From contig KZ537968.1 of the NCBI GenBank assembly GCA_000934665.2, forward strand, positions 1-64,000: a stretch of DNA of 64,000 nucleotides. The letters run 5' to 3'. Shown here in pieces: positions 12,284 through 24,926 of the stretch (its first letter is position 1; the number at the start of each line of letters is the position of its first letter). The translations under genes were made by a program, and so were the position numbers. The notes below the pieces were generated by a model. It searched no databases. It worked only from the letters and a program-made list of their open reading frames with translations, and was not told where the DNA came from. The stretch is from Catajapyx aquilonaris (lineage: Eukaryota).

Positions 12284-13517
12284 TCACACCTTCCCCTCGG
12301 CCTTGACTATGAGATCAACAGTTCTCTCCAGCACAGTGTGGATGTACGGCCTCTCCTGCGGGTCGACCCGAAGCATGAATCGGATCAGGTCATGGACACC
12401 TTCTGAGTATGGAGAATTCTCTGCGATGGCAATGTTGGCGCTGACTACTGCCAAAGCCACACTGTCTCCCCTTTCGTACACCATGTCAAATGGAGACTTG
12501 AAGAAGCACATGGCATACAGGATGCAGCCCAACGACTGGAAGAAGGAACGGCTCTGTACACATGGACAAATCTTGAGAGAAATTCATGGCAGGTTAGTCG
12601 TTAGTGATTGCAGGCCCATTCAGACAAGCTGCATTCGACATGACCTTTCTTACCCAGATATCAGTGCGCTCATCCACGCAACCATCGCTCTCCACATGGA
12701 ACAATTCGGGTGCTCTGTATGGCATGGACGACCTCTCCGCAGCCTGGTCCTGCAACCGCCTGGCTTCGGCCGCACTGTTGATCTCCACTCTCGCCTTGGC
12801 CATGGAACCCAAGTCCATGATCACAGGTGAATAGTCGTCCCCAACCAGGATGTTGGCTGTCTTCAGGTCACGATGGGCCACCCTATGAGGCTTAGTCTCA
12901 TGCATAGCTTTGACGCCCTCACATATCTGCCGGAACATGCTCAGCAAGAAAGCCTCTGGCATGTGATCCTTGGTCTTGCCTCTTCTTTCCAGGTCGGCCG
13001 CAAGGGTACCGCGCTCGTAATACGGAAGGACAATGAGGACCTCACTAGTGCTGTTCTGCATCAGGTCCGGCTTGCCCACCAAGGAAGAATCCACACACGC
13101 AATGACATTCGGGTGCTGGACCAGCCGGTGGTACTCCACCTCCGCCATGGCCGTCTTCTGATCCTCCAGGCTGTGGCAGGTCACACGCTTGACTGCGTAC
13201 AACTTGTGGTTACGCGTGTCTTCAACCAGCTCAACCGTGCTGAAGCCACTGGTGGTAAGAAGTACCATTATAGCTGATGACATTACTGGTTGGAAGCCGA
13301 TATTACAATATCATTCAAGTTCTAGTTGACGTAACATTAGGATACCTGAAGCACATTGTACAAAAATGCATTAAGGTATGCTACTTTGAAAGTGCATTGA
13401 CCATTACCCGTCAGCCAGATGCCCCCTGATGCGGAATCTCCTGTCGTTGACCACCAGCGTCTTCTTGGTGCACAGGCAGCCCATCTTCAGGATGAGGCTG
13501 AGACCCAGCGAATTCAT
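12284..13517 (-). CDS. STK16: Serine/threonine-protein kinase 16 (NAK family), 318 aa; exons 13517-13408, 13248-12654, 12535-12284
   Basis: Spliced frame reads MNSLGLSLILKMGCLCTKK...GHLADGGFSTVELVED...YAVK...HRDLKTANIL...MDLGS...YRAPELF...DERTDIWSLGCILYAMCFFKSPFD. DLG in place of DFG and an MGCxC lipidation motif are typical of STK16. GT/AG phases are consistent. Confidence 0.95.
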
Positions 13518-13845
13518 CCTCCTGAACTACAGAACCAAGGACCTGAAGTCTTCATACCATCTGGAATCGAATATTACGCAAGGGAAAAGAGATGACACCT
13601 GCTGACAACACCTCACGAAGAATCGGGGCAATGGAGCTATTATCTTGTGCAGCTACATTAGCTATATCGACATGCCATGATGTGCATGCGGCCAGTTCCG
13701 TCTTTTTTTCAGTGATAAGGACGTACTGCTTTTTATTATTATAATTAGTACAGCACAATTTAATTAGTTGTTGCACATATTGCAGCTAATGTGCGAAGTA
13801 GCTAATATATACGCAGTAATAGCTAATATATACGTAGCGCCTTAC

Positions 13846-14171
13846 TTGACGCCGTCGACGGAACATATTACATGAATGTACGCCGTTGACGCTTCCATTT
13901 TTTGGCCGTATGTTGCGTTTCGGCTGGGTGTGCACGCCGTCGCCGCTGCTTGTTTTGAACGTGCAGCGCCGTCGACGCTTGACGTATGTTGTTACACGTC
14001 ATGAATTTTGCGGCGTTTTATTTTCCCCTGGATGGCGGGCGGCTCGAGTGCGCAGGCGACCCAAAAGTCTTCCCCATTTCCGGTGTCCCCAATATTATCG
14101 GCAGGTCCTACCTACTGATAGCTCCTTCTCTTTTTCAACACTTATTTTTTAAAACGGTGGGCTAAACGGAG
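13846..14171. promoter_or_regulatory. CpG-rich bidirectional promoter with non-coding first exons of STK16 (-) and G1 (+)
   Basis: Minus-strand donor CAA|GTAAG (GT at 13845-13844) and plus-strand donor GAG|GTGAGT (GT at 14172-14173), ~330 bp apart around CpG-dense sequence; G1 acceptor TTTCAG ends at 14380. Confidence 0.6.
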
Positions 14172-14438
14172 GTGAGTGGTCCATTGTTATTTGTTTTTAA
14201 CTGTATGAAAATTGTGTGTGGGTGTTTTTGTTTTTTTTACTATTATAAAGGCTACGTTGTGTCTAAGGCCAGTTGATCAATATGTGCAAATCAGTGTGGA
14301 ATGGTCCATGTTTGGCTCGGATTGAATGGAAGGAGCAGGGAGCACGCGGAAATTTCAATTTTTGAATCCTGAACTTTCAGAGATTTGTTGGCACTCGATT
14401 CTTCTGCCATCAAAAATTGCCAACCAGACTACCTCAGG

Positions 14439-15122
14439 ATGGCCACTTTCGAGATCTCCCCTGAAGGGGAAATTGTGGGTTCGAAGGACGGTTTCCGCTA
14501 CGTGACTGCCGAAGAGAAGTACTGGCCTGCAATCATGGAGCACCTTCGAGAGCACTACTTCAGAGAGGAGGTCCTGTGCAAGTCCTTGGGTTGGCCCGAG
14601 GATGTGCACCAAGGGCTGATCCTGTACGCTGGGAAGGGTCTGACCGAGGGCCGTGACCTGGGTCTGGTGGCCATCGACGAGGCCACGGGCAAAGTGGTGG
14701 GGGTTCGGATCACACGGGTGGCCAGACGCGACGAGGAACGGGCAGTGAACAAGTTCAACTTCGGTCCAAACACCACCAAGATCATCAAGCTGTTCGACGA
14801 TCTGCAGGACGGACTGAACCTGTTCGACAAATACGCGGTGGACGAGATTGTGGAGTTCATCCTGGTCTCGGTGGACAGGGGCTATCGGAGGAGGGGTCTG
14901 GCCACTGAGCTCATCTTACGGAATCTGAGGCAGGCTAAGAAGTACGGGCTGTCTGCTTCTAAGGGCATCTTTACGTCGCTGTATTCGCAGAGGGTCGCGG
15001 AGAAGCTGGGTCTGGAGACGCTCAGGGAGTACCGGTATTGCGAGTACAGGTCGGACGACGGACCTGTCTTCCCTAACACGGATCCGCATCCTTCGGTCAA
15101 GCTCATGGGAAGGAGGTTTTGA
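14439..15122 (+). CDS. GNAT acetyltransferase, iAANAT/dopamine N-acetyltransferase-like (G1), 227 aa
   Basis: Motifs YFREEVL, VSVDRGYRRRGLA (acetyl-CoA motif A), FTSLYSQRVAEKLG, VFPNTDPHPSVKLM; intronless CDS. Confidence 0.92.
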   Translation: MATFEISPEGEIVGSKDGFRYVTAEEKYWPAIMEHLREHYFREEVLCKSLGWPEDVHQGLILYAGKGLTEGRDLGLVAIDEATGKVVGVRITRVARRDEERAVNKFNFGPNTTKIIKLFDDLQDGLNLFDKYAVDEIVEFILVSVDRGYRRRGLATELILRNLRQAKKYGLSASKGIFTSLYSQRVAEKLGLETLREYRYCEYRSDDGPVFPNTDPHPSVKLMGRRF

Positions 15123-17249
15123 AGCAGGGCACAATAATTATTAAGCCAACAGTCATCACTCCCAGTTACATCCTGTACCCTGTTTTGTAATGACACGGAC
15201 TAACTTCTAGGGTTAACTTTATGTAGAGGTGTTCTGGGTCTTCGCAGCCTCAAGGTGTGCCAACATGCCATTTAAAAAAAAGTAAGGTGTTGCCATGTTG
15301 TTGTATCTGTGGCATGTAGATGTTATAATGCTCTCTTTGCTTAATGATAATTATTTCAGTAGCGAGGGTGCGAAAACTAATCGAAGGTACTGTCTGATTT
15401 ATTCAGCTCCGGACTTCACACGTGGTCATTGCTGTCACCATTAACGCAATATAATTATAGCCAACGCCTGTCCTGTCCATGACAAAGGAATGCGCAGAGT
15501 GTCAATGAACACTCGCATTAATAATTTATATCACACATGTATGCAGTATGATTTAATTACAACATTGTTTGTGATACCACATAATTATGTTAGGTTAGTA
15601 ACAAGCGGTAACAAGTACAGTTCATGGAGGGGTGGACGGGTGAAGAGGGGGCTTGGTGACGTGGGTCCGGAGTTGAATAAAGCAGGTACAGTATGTTCTC
15701 TTGAGCTTGTGAACACACCTTGTCACCTCAACAGGTGAGCTAAGAACTCTGCTAGATGTTAGTCTGAAGCAGTACAAAACACACTGCACTAAAGGTCAAT
15801 CGGAGGATATTAATTTTTGGTAGCAATTATTTCAATCCAACACTTGATGTACTTACTTTGTACTCTTTATGTGCAGGGGTGCACTGGAGTAGTGATGACT
15901 TTAAATTAGACTTTTCTGATTGGATGATTATAGTTCAAATTGAAAGGTTTTATCGGCACCAGGGTGTGATGCTACTTCACCTGTTTAGTATACGTAAACA
16001 TCATTGTAGCATATCATTGTCGACTTTTAAATAATAATAAAATTGCGACCTTGCTTCTTCCTTGTCAAGTGTGACGCAATGTCGAGTGGAAATGGGCTTA
16101 TGCTTCGTGTCAAAAAAAAAGGAGCGACTGTCAAAGTGTGTTCATGGTCATTAGGAAGCAGGCATTAATCACCGTCAGAGTAGAAATTTTGTTCGTCATC
16201 TCCGCTTCAAACGTGGCTCAATTTTTATTTACATGATTGTTGACAGCATTGCTCGAAAGCGGGTATGTCATGTAAATATGCGCAGTAATCAATATATTGC
16301 CGAATGATTTTTATTTTTTATTTTTACTTAAATGGCCATCCCTTATCAGCTGGGAAATGACCATGTCATGCAGTGCAATGTTTGAAAAAAAAATGTTTAA
16401 TGTTCATTACGTCGTGCATATCAGATCTGGGTTGTTTGCCAGATAATCATATAAAAAAATGAGGTAGCCTATTATCATGCGATTGACGTTAGTGCACGCC
16501 AATGCTTTGTGCGTTTGATGTAGGCTGACCTGTTTGTAACTTCCTGAATAATCAGCTTGAGAACTTGACGTGACGCTTGCAATCTTCAACGATCTTCAAG
16601 CTGACAAAATGTGCCAACGTGGGTACTTGAGTGATACTGTACATTAATTTTAATATCGTTCGGTACTAATAGAGAAAAAATGAAGCCAGCTGTGCTGCAT
16701 ACTATTTCCTACACATTTGTCAAGTTTGTAATAACTACAAACGCTTCTTTTCAATTTTCTGCCCAATTATATTCTAGACATGCTTGTTCATGTAATGGTA
16801 CTGTAAGCAACTACATATTGCGTTAAACAAGCAGCAGGAAAACTATTTATTGTTCCTAAGCATGTGTCCAGCACGTGTGTACAACGTGCAATATTTGCCA
16901 AATTTGTGTTTTTTTTTCCTGGAATTGTCACTGCCGTGTGTTCCACAAAATAAAATTAGTTAATCATTTCATATTTTTTACTACTGGGGAGGGTTTGTTC
17001 GCCCTGGGTATTTCCACAGAGTGCAAAGTTCAGTCGACATGGAGGTGGAGCCGTGCTAATCTTTGTGCTGATATATGAACTAGAGTGAACCAGACTTCAC
17101 CCACTTTTTGGTCTCAGACTCCGAAAGGAACCTGTCAAAACAACATTGTAGCTCCTGCTGTTGTATGAAGAGCAATAGTGTAATTTTGAGGTAAGTAACA
17201 CGTTGAAAACTTGGTCACAGGTGATACTTAAACTGAATTTTTGTTCCAG

Positions 17250-17939
17250 ATGTCCGCCACTGTAATCAATATTGAAGACGAGGTTACTGGAGTTCAAGAT
17301 GGCTTCAGGTATGAGATTCTGGAGGAGAAGCATTGGCCTGCTGTTTTGGAGCACACTCAAAAGTTCTTCTTCAGGGAGGAACCAATGATGAGGTCTTTAG
17401 GTTGCACCGAAGACATGCAGAAAGGGTGTGTCCGATGGATTAAAGATGGGTTGGAGAAAGGGAAGCATTTGTCTCTGGTCGCATTTTGCGAGCAGACTGG
17501 TCAACTGGCAGGGGTCAGGGTGACCAAGATGGTTTACAAGGACCAACCGGTGCAACTACCAGACGGAGCAGTCAGAGGACCTGAGAGGATGAAGCTGGTG
17601 CGGACTGTTATGGAGTTGAACGAAGCAGCTGGAGATCTGTTCGCAGTGTACGGAGTGACAACAATCCAGGAGTTCCAGCTAGTATCTGTTGACCCTGCTT
17701 TTCGAGGCAGAGGACTGGGACGTGAGTTGATCCTGAGAAGTATGCGGTTGGGTAAACGGTTCGGTGCAGAGGTGTGTAAGGGAGTCTTCACGTCCATTTA
17801 TTCGCAGAGGATTTCAGCTGATTTGGGGTTCTACACCAAGGCCGAATTTTGGTACAAGGACTATTGTCAAGATGGAGAATTAGTGTTCACAAACGTAGGG
17901 CCACACACCAATGCATCACTACAGACAAGAGTGATATAA
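17250..17939 (+). CDS. iAANAT-like GNAT (G2), 229 aa
   Basis: FFFREEPM, SVDPAFRGRGLG, FTSIYSQRISADLGF, VFTNVGPH; acceptor TTCCAG abuts the ATG; upstream donor GAG|GTAAGT at ~17190. Confidence 0.92.
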   Translation: MSATVINIEDEVTGVQDGFRYEILEEKHWPAVLEHTQKFFFREEPMMRSLGCTEDMQKGCVRWIKDGLEKGKHLSLVAFCEQTGQLAGVRVTKMVYKDQPVQLPDGAVRGPERMKLVRTVMELNEAAGDLFAVYGVTTIQEFQLVSVDPAFRGRGLGRELILRSMRLGKRFGAEVCKGVFTSIYSQRISADLGFYTKAEFWYKDYCQDGELVFTNVGPHTNASLQTRVI

Positions 17940-18792
17940 TTTGGTAGCTCATATTATACATGCATGTGACAAAAACTTCCATTATGTAGGTATTCACATG
18001 TATGCATAATATTCGTCGAGTTGATAAACTGGCCCTGCATATTCTCAATAAATACTCCAGTTTGCACAACTGGTCTGAAAAATATGTACAGCGTCGTTAG
18101 CAATTTAATGCACTAGTTATTACACCTGGTGATTGATTTCAGTGCAAGAGGAAGTCTCGACATTCGACCTTCCCTTACAGCGAACAATAGATTTATGTCG
18201 CTCGGAAAGGCCATGTTTTATTCAGGAATGAATAATAAAATCTCTTGCTCCACTTTGTGCAATTTGCCTCATACGTCCTTGAATTAAAGCAGGATGGATT
18301 TGATCTGAGAGACGGAAGCAGCAGCGGCCGGTTAGTAATTATGACGCGAGAGTGGGTCCGTATGCATATTTCACAGTTTGACTTGTGCCTGCTTTCGCTT
18401 CCTCCAACCCACCTCCGACACTGAAGCGCACTTTTCCCTTCCTTCTAACTAATTAAGCCGCTCGGAATCTTTCATGAGAGATTCTGCTTCCTCTTTGATG
18501 AATTCTTCAAAGCTTCGATCCAAGATGGTGCTGCAGATATGACAAGCAGCACTCTATTTTCACCAGAAATTGAACATGTAACCAAGCAGTTTGGATATTT
18601 AAAGGACATTTATAATTGGACATTGAGCAGTTGGCTGAATTATAAAGTTGAGAATTACTTGATTGGAAAGAAAACGGGTTACAATATTGAGGAAATTATG
18701 TTTATTTCACTGTTTTCAGGCACAGAGCCTATAAATATAGAATATGTAATTTGCATTATATGGCATGGAGGACTGGATTAACCCACTTCCTC

Positions 18793-19491
18793 TTACAGTA
18801 CTTTGGACATAAGAGTGCAGGTTTGATGTTCTCCCATGTTCTTGAAGGCCATCTTTCCGCCGAACGTGTAGTCCTCATACCTTATCTGCGATTCGATCTG
18901 GAAGCCCAGCTTCTCCCCAACCCTTCTGGAGAAATTGGACGTGAAGTAGGCAATGACCAGCTTGACCCCCTTCTGCTTGGCCAGCCTCAGGCTCCTCAGG
19001 CACATCTCCAGAGCCAGCCCTCGTTGCCTGAACTTTGACCCGACCGAGAGGACCCTGAACTCCAGCACTCGGTCAACCCCATGCTTGTCGAACACGTTAG
19101 GTTTGACCATCTTGTCCAGCTGTGCCATGATGTCCACTACAGGCAGGTAGTCTCCGTAGTACTTGTCCATGCAGTGTCCGTCACTCAAGGCCTGCTGTCT
19201 GGTTAGTACTCGAGAGATTCGGATGCCTGCCAGGTCACCGGTGACCTCGTCGTAGGCTGCCAGGGACATGGTGGTGTCCGGGTTAAGTCCCATCCGGCCG
19301 TACTCTACGTTGCCCTCTACAATGCTTTGACTGGCATCGAAGCAGCCGGATGTAGGTTCGTCTCTGCTGAAGTCGCCTCCCAGTTGGTCCAACATGGCCG
19401 GGTAGTCTTCTGGGGTGGCCACTTTTATGCGGAAACCGTTCCAGATGCCCTCAACTGGGTCGGTGGCCGATATGGCCGGGGTGGTGGTCAT
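18793..19491 (-). CDS. iAANAT-like GNAT (G3), 232 aa
   Basis: DPVEGIWNGF, FSRDEPT, LSVGSKFRQRGLA, FTSNFSRRVGEKLGF; acceptor 3 nt before the ATG; donor CAG|GTAAGG at ~19756; TATAAAA at 19852-19846. Confidence 0.92.
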   Translation of the reverse strand: MTTTPAISATDPVEGIWNGFRIKVATPEDYPAMLDQLGGDFSRDEPTSGCFDASQSIVEGNVEYGRMGLNPDTTMSLAAYDEVTGDLAGIRISRVLTRQQALSDGHCMDKYYGDYLPVVDIMAQLDKMVKPNVFDKHGVDRVLEFRVLSVGSKFRQRGLALEMCLRSLRLAKQKGVKLVIAYFTSNFSRRVGEKLGFQIESQIRYEDYTFGGKMAFKNMGEHQTCTLMSKVL

Positions 19492-21723
19492 CTTCTGGTT
19501 AAGAAAAGTGAATGAGCACACTGCGTTTGGAAATACAGTGAGGCTTTAAACGCAAAGTGTAAAATATCCTGGCAGGTATGCTTCCCTCCGTGAGACCTTC
19601 ACATTTTTCATTTACAATCAAAATGCGAAGTTTCGACTTTAGAACAGATTTTCAGTCACATTTTGATTCATTCACCTGTTGCCAGGCCTTGAATAGATGT
19701 CAAGATTTTTGCAAGCTACTTGCATTACTTTCAATCATGTAATTATTACACCTTACCTGATTTTGAGGCATGGCTTAAGTCTCGGAAAGTCTGTGCTGAT
19801 GGTCGAAGAGAGTTACTTCTGCTTAATTAAGCGAGAACACACGTGTTTTATACACACTCCTTTTAGAGTGTCAGTCTCAAAGATAGCAGGTGACGTTTTG
19901 CCATAACGCCTGTAATTTCCCCATGGTGATATGTTACATCCTGTGATACGTTATCGACTGCCTAGTTGCCTGGTTTTTGATGTGACCTTGAAAATTCCGT
20001 GTTATTACGGCGATATTAAAGATACAGTGTGAGAAGAAGCAACTTAGATTGAGTTTTCTATGATACATGAAGTGCCACGCGATTTTTTTTTTTGTCTGCG
20101 AACTTTGGTATCAATCCATCGATATTTCCTTGCTGCCAGTATCTCAGGTTACATCACACCCTTTGTGTTTTATCAGCGACACTTGGTCTACGGCCGTACT
20201 TGAACTTGAACTTCAGATTTACCATGAAGATGTCAAGGGTGTTCTTCAAGGATGTTGCAGAAGAGACAGACCAAACTCCAGCACACTTTATGCTACAATG
20301 CACAATGCAGCTTAATATTCCAGATGTACTGTACTCACCGATGAATAGATGTAGGTTGTCTGTGTCCCAGCTCCCTCTGTGGCCATGTAGCTGTTGTGTA
20401 ATCAGCAGGGTGCACGGCTGTTCAAGGACAATGTTCTGCGAGGAATCCGCGACCGCGAAACAGAAATAGACATACGTATGAAAGGCGTATGCTTGCAGTA
20501 TTTGTCCCCAATATTTTTTTAAATAGTTTTGAAAAATATTGGTAATTGTGTACAGTTAGGTCGCATTGTTAAAGAGAGACGCTCTAGTATTACACTTTCG
20601 CGAGAATTAAATACTTTTTTTTGTCCGAATTAATACGTGAAGCGAATATCCTGGCAGTTGTGCAACTCTTCAGCCATCCTTGAAGGCAAGTTGTCTAATC
20701 GCCAGGATATGTTCCCTATCATTCTTCGTGAGAATACAACACTTGGTCAGCATATTCTATGAATTCTCTACAACGGCACAATCAAAAGTGACGGATAGAT
20801 TATGTATCAGTTTTGAAATTATTGGTTAAAAATCTCCATAATTATGCAGGATTTTATTTTACGTGTAGTTGCTGTTTGATGTATTTCGTACCTGGTCTCA
20901 GCGGAATCCGTCCTTCGCACGGCGTGTTTCCATGACAATGTAATCAACAATAATCAATCATTGTTAATACCATAGTTGCCATAGTTCCCAAACCTGGACA
21001 AGCAAACAAACAAACTTTGCATATATTTATGCATATAGACACGAAACGGGTATGGAATGGACAAACTTTGTATTATACTTTTTATATATACTGTACATAA
21101 GGTAGCCTATAACAAACCTACACGTGTTCCGTACTCTGCCAAAAAAAACTTTCAGCCATACGATTAACCAGAGTCATCATCTTTTTCTTTTCTCAGTTTT
21201 CATATTCACTTTGGGTATATGCTGACGGTAGTTGACATAATTATTATACACTAGTATAGTCCACTTTCTACCATAGTGGATGCTGCAGTAACACTGAAAT
21301 ATATTTACCGAATGAAAAAAGGAGGAAGTTAACTTTCTTAAATGCCAGCAAATTTTATTGAGTCAATCCTCTACTTTCAGTTGTCATAATAATACGTACT
21401 CGTACAGGTCAAACATGAATGCTCCGTTGGGAGCTTTTTGTGCAGATTTATAAGGCAGCTTGAGTACGATATGGTAGTACAGTATCGGATATTACTCATA
21501 CATGTTAGGTATATGAGATAAAGGACCGATGCATATACTCCGCATAATGAAATAAAGACTCCGTAGAAATAATCCCAGAGAAAGACTTGGGCGAGAGATT
21601 GACTTGAATATTCACCCTGTGCGGCACATCTCCGGATAATTATGTACAGTACTGTACTTTTAGAGTAGACATTTTGCAACTTATGACTTGGAATGAATGT
21701 GCTTTAAGAGATCATTTTTTAGA

Positions 21724-22431
21724 TTAAAGGGTTTTGGACATCAAGGTGCACATCTCATGAACCCCCATGTTGGTGTACACAATCTTGCCATCCTGCTCGT
21801 ACTCATCATATTTGATCTCAGCCTCCACCTGGAAGCCCAACTTGACTCCAACCCTCCTGGAGAACTTGGAGCTGAAGAAGGCCGTGGCCAAGTGACACCC
21901 TTCCCTTTTGGCCAGCCTCAGACTCCTGATGCACAGCTCCAAGGCGAGGCCCCTCTGTCGAAACTTGTCCCCAACGGACAGGATCCGGTACTGGTATATC
22001 TTGTCCACCGAGTGCTTCTCGAACAGATTGGCCACCGGCTTGACCTTCTCGCTGATGCGGTCCATGAAGACGAAGACTGCCGCGAAGTCCCCGTAGTACT
22101 TGTCGCTCTTCTCGTGTCCAGCGGCGTCCGGTTCGTCTTTCCTCAGCATCCGTGAGATCCGAACCCCGGCCACTTCCCCTGTGCTCTGGTCGTATGCCAC
22201 GAGCGAGTGTGGACTTGCGGACATGCCAATCCGACCGAACTCGACCACTCCGTCCACCGCGCTCTGGCTGGACTTGTAGAAGTTGCATAAGGGCTCGTCC
22301 TTGCAGAACTGGTATCGGACGTGCTCCAGCATGGCTGGAAAGTCAGGCTCTCGGGCGATTTGGAACCGGAAACCGTTCCAGGTACCCTCGATTGGGTCGT
22401 CGCCGGATATGACGATGTCTGCTGCCGGCAT
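21724..22431 (-). CDS. iAANAT-like GNAT (G4), 235 aa
   Basis: DPIEGTWNGF, FCKDEPL, LSVGDKFRQRGLA, FSSKFSRRVGVKLGF; acceptor at 22443-22442. Confidence 0.93.
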   Translation of the reverse strand: MPAADIVISGDDPIEGTWNGFRFQIAREPDFPAMLEHVRYQFCKDEPLCNFYKSSQSAVDGVVEFGRIGMSASPHSLVAYDQSTGEVAGVRISRMLRKDEPDAAGHEKSDKYYGDFAAVFVFMDRISEKVKPVANLFEKHSVDKIYQYRILSVGDKFRQRGLALELCIRSLRLAKREGCHLATAFFSSKFSRRVGVKLGFQVEAEIKYDEYEQDGKIVYTNMGVHEMCTLMSKTL

Positions 22432-23149
22432 TATGGAAATCCTGGAAAGTTTAAATAAATCATATAATTACGAGAGCAGCACAGAATACGTATAGGTATG
22501 CAATATTGCAGGCCCCGAATCAGTCAAAAAGGGCAAAACTGTCACCCAATTCCTTACACACTTCCCCTCCTCAGTGCTGACTAATTGAGATCAGGCAACA
22601 TACAGCAAATTATTCAAATTTAGTTCCGCCAGTGTGCATTCAATGGCAAGCTAATTAGCATTAGATAACCTGTTGGGAAACTTGTAATTAAATTTACCTT
22701 TTGTAGCACCGATGTAAACGTCAAGCGGAGGGTATGGCGACACGAGTCAGTTTCTCCGCCGCACACCTCGGTTAAGTGTTTCTCATTGACACTGATCTAG
22801 TACCCCCTGTGTCGTGACGTTCGTTCAATGCACGGGATCAGATTAGCACGAACTTTGGACATCAGCCAGGTGGATATATTGACCTTGAGGGCGGAAGAAT
22901 TATGCAAGCGGAGCACATGCTAAACCCGTAGTCGGACTACCATATGAGACCTTCGCATGTCAGAAAATAAATGCCCAGAAGGAAAGGTAAATATTGCCCC
23001 GATCGATTGATACTAGCGCTAGTTTTATTTCACAAAACCTATTGGCAGTTACTAATATTGCACATCAGTAGGTTTATTATGCTTCGTCATATGTAATAAC
23101 TAGTACATACATTGTGATTGAAACGGGGGAATATTTTATTGCAATATTT

Positions 23150-23854
23150 TTACAAGAGTTTAGTCATTAAGCAGAATGCTTCATGCACCCCCATGTCGTC
23201 ATACACGACCTTACCATCTTCCTGATATTCGTTGTACTTAATCTCTGATTCCAAGTAGAAACCCAGTTTCTCCCCGACCTTCCGTGAAAATTGGGATGAA
23301 AAATAAACCATGGCCAACCCGCACCCTTCCCTTTTGCCCAATCTCAGGCTCCTCAGACACATCTCCAGAGCCAACCCTCTCTGCCGATACTTGGTGCCAA
23401 CAGACAAGATGCGATACTCGTATATCTTGTCCACGTTGTACTTTTCGAATAAATTGCGTGGAGGCTTGACCATTTCGTTCGCTTGGTTCAGAATCCTGAA
23501 GACGACCAGATAGTCTCCGTAGAACTTTTCACTTTTCACCAGTGCTTTATCTGCATCTTCCTTCTTGAGGAGACGAGATATTCTGATTCCTGCCACTTCT
23601 CCGGTAGCTTCGTCGAATGCGACCAAAGAGTGCAGACCACCTGAGTACAAGCCAAGTCGGCCGTACTCCATCATTCCGTCGCACATGCTCTTGCTGCGCT
23701 TGTTGAACTTGGTGAGAGGCTCGTCCTTGCAATACTCTTGGAAGAGATGGTCCAGCATGGCGGGGAAGTCCTTCTCCTGAGCGATCTGGATCCTGAATCC
23801 GTTCCAGGAACCCTCGATGGGGTCGCTCGCTGATATTACCAGTTCGCCGGGCAT
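23150..23854 (-). CDS. iAANAT-like GNAT (G5), 234 aa; recent paralog of G6
   Basis: DPIEGSWNGF, YCKDEPL, LSVGTKYRQRGLA, FSSQFSRKVGEKLGF; acceptor at ~23876; AATAAA at 23140-23135. Confidence 0.93.
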   Translation of the reverse strand: MPGELVISASDPIEGSWNGFRIQIAQEKDFPAMLDHLFQEYCKDEPLTKFNKRSKSMCDGMMEYGRLGLYSGGLHSLVAFDEATGEVAGIRISRLLKKEDADKALVKSEKFYGDYLVVFRILNQANEMVKPPRNLFEKYNVDKIYEYRILSVGTKYRQRGLALEMCLRSLRLGKREGCGLAMVYFSSQFSRKVGEKLGFYLESEIKYNEYQEDGKVVYDDMGVHEAFCLMTKLL

Positions 23855-24652
23855 TGTCGGTTTCTCAAAATTAGCTGGAGAACAAAAAAAGCACTAATTA
23901 TTAAGAAGTTTACAGCAGTTTTACACCAACAATGTCGCCAATAACGCCAAAGTGGTGAAGTACAATACCAAGTACAATACGATACATTAGTTGATGAAAA
24001 ACGACAAGAAGGGTACTAAAACTAAACATAATAAAGTAGCTGACACATAAATGAGTTTATCCTTTTTTTACAGCTATTATTGCTGAGCAGACATCCTAGA
24101 TACGATATCCTGTAATTCAGCTGGAGAGTTACATAAGATTCTCAAACCACCTTTGCGGTGCAGTACGTTCGTTAATAGGCTAGATCAAATTAAAGAGACA
24201 AGGGACACTTGAGATAAAGAGCCTACGTATAGTGGTATTTTCATAGAGCAGACATTACATAAGCCACTTATTGATCCAATAGCAATGGTTATTCTTTAAT
24301 CTATAAAACTCTCAATATCCTAAGTGCATTTGTTGTGTAACAGAGCCAAGAAATGAGCTAGTTACACTTCTTTATCAGTGTACTTAAAATGCGTGTACTT
24401 GTAAGTTATTAAAGCATTATTATTACTAAGCAAATACCGTAACGCAGGTTTAAAGAAGACGCATGCATACATTGCGACCTTGTGATTTTTTTTTTGCATA
24501 ATTACTTTTTCATGTTAGAGTAAACAGTTATTGCGCCGAATTTTTAAACCAATGGGTTTGCCGATGTGATTCCGGTACCAATTACACCATCACATCTATA
24601 AATATTGAGTATTTAAATGTGCAGTACTATTACATAATTATGGTGTACTCAC

Positions 24653-24785
24653 GACAAGCAACGGAGAGGTGTCGACGAAATAGTACCCGTCGGATGACAA
24701 TGCTTAACGTAGCGAGTTGCGTCAGGGTCGCAGTCCACGAAGCTTATGATCGTGAAGGACATTCTACTCAATACCACTTGCTGAA
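24653..24785 (-). promoter_or_regulatory. Putative non-coding first exon of G5
   Basis: Donor GTGAGTACACCA (GT at 24652-24651) is identical to the donor upstream of G6; exon body is similar (GAAGC..GTGAAGGAC..AATACCA). Confidence 0.55.
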
Positions 24786-24926
24786 ACATAGCCGACGAGA
24801 CATCCACAGATGGCGCCAAAACTCAGTCAAAATCACGGTCAAAACCGAAACGTTTGTTGTAAATGATCGGCACTCACTGTTATGCTTATGAAAATTAGGA
24901 TTTATTGTCGTCTGTTTGTGTCATTT

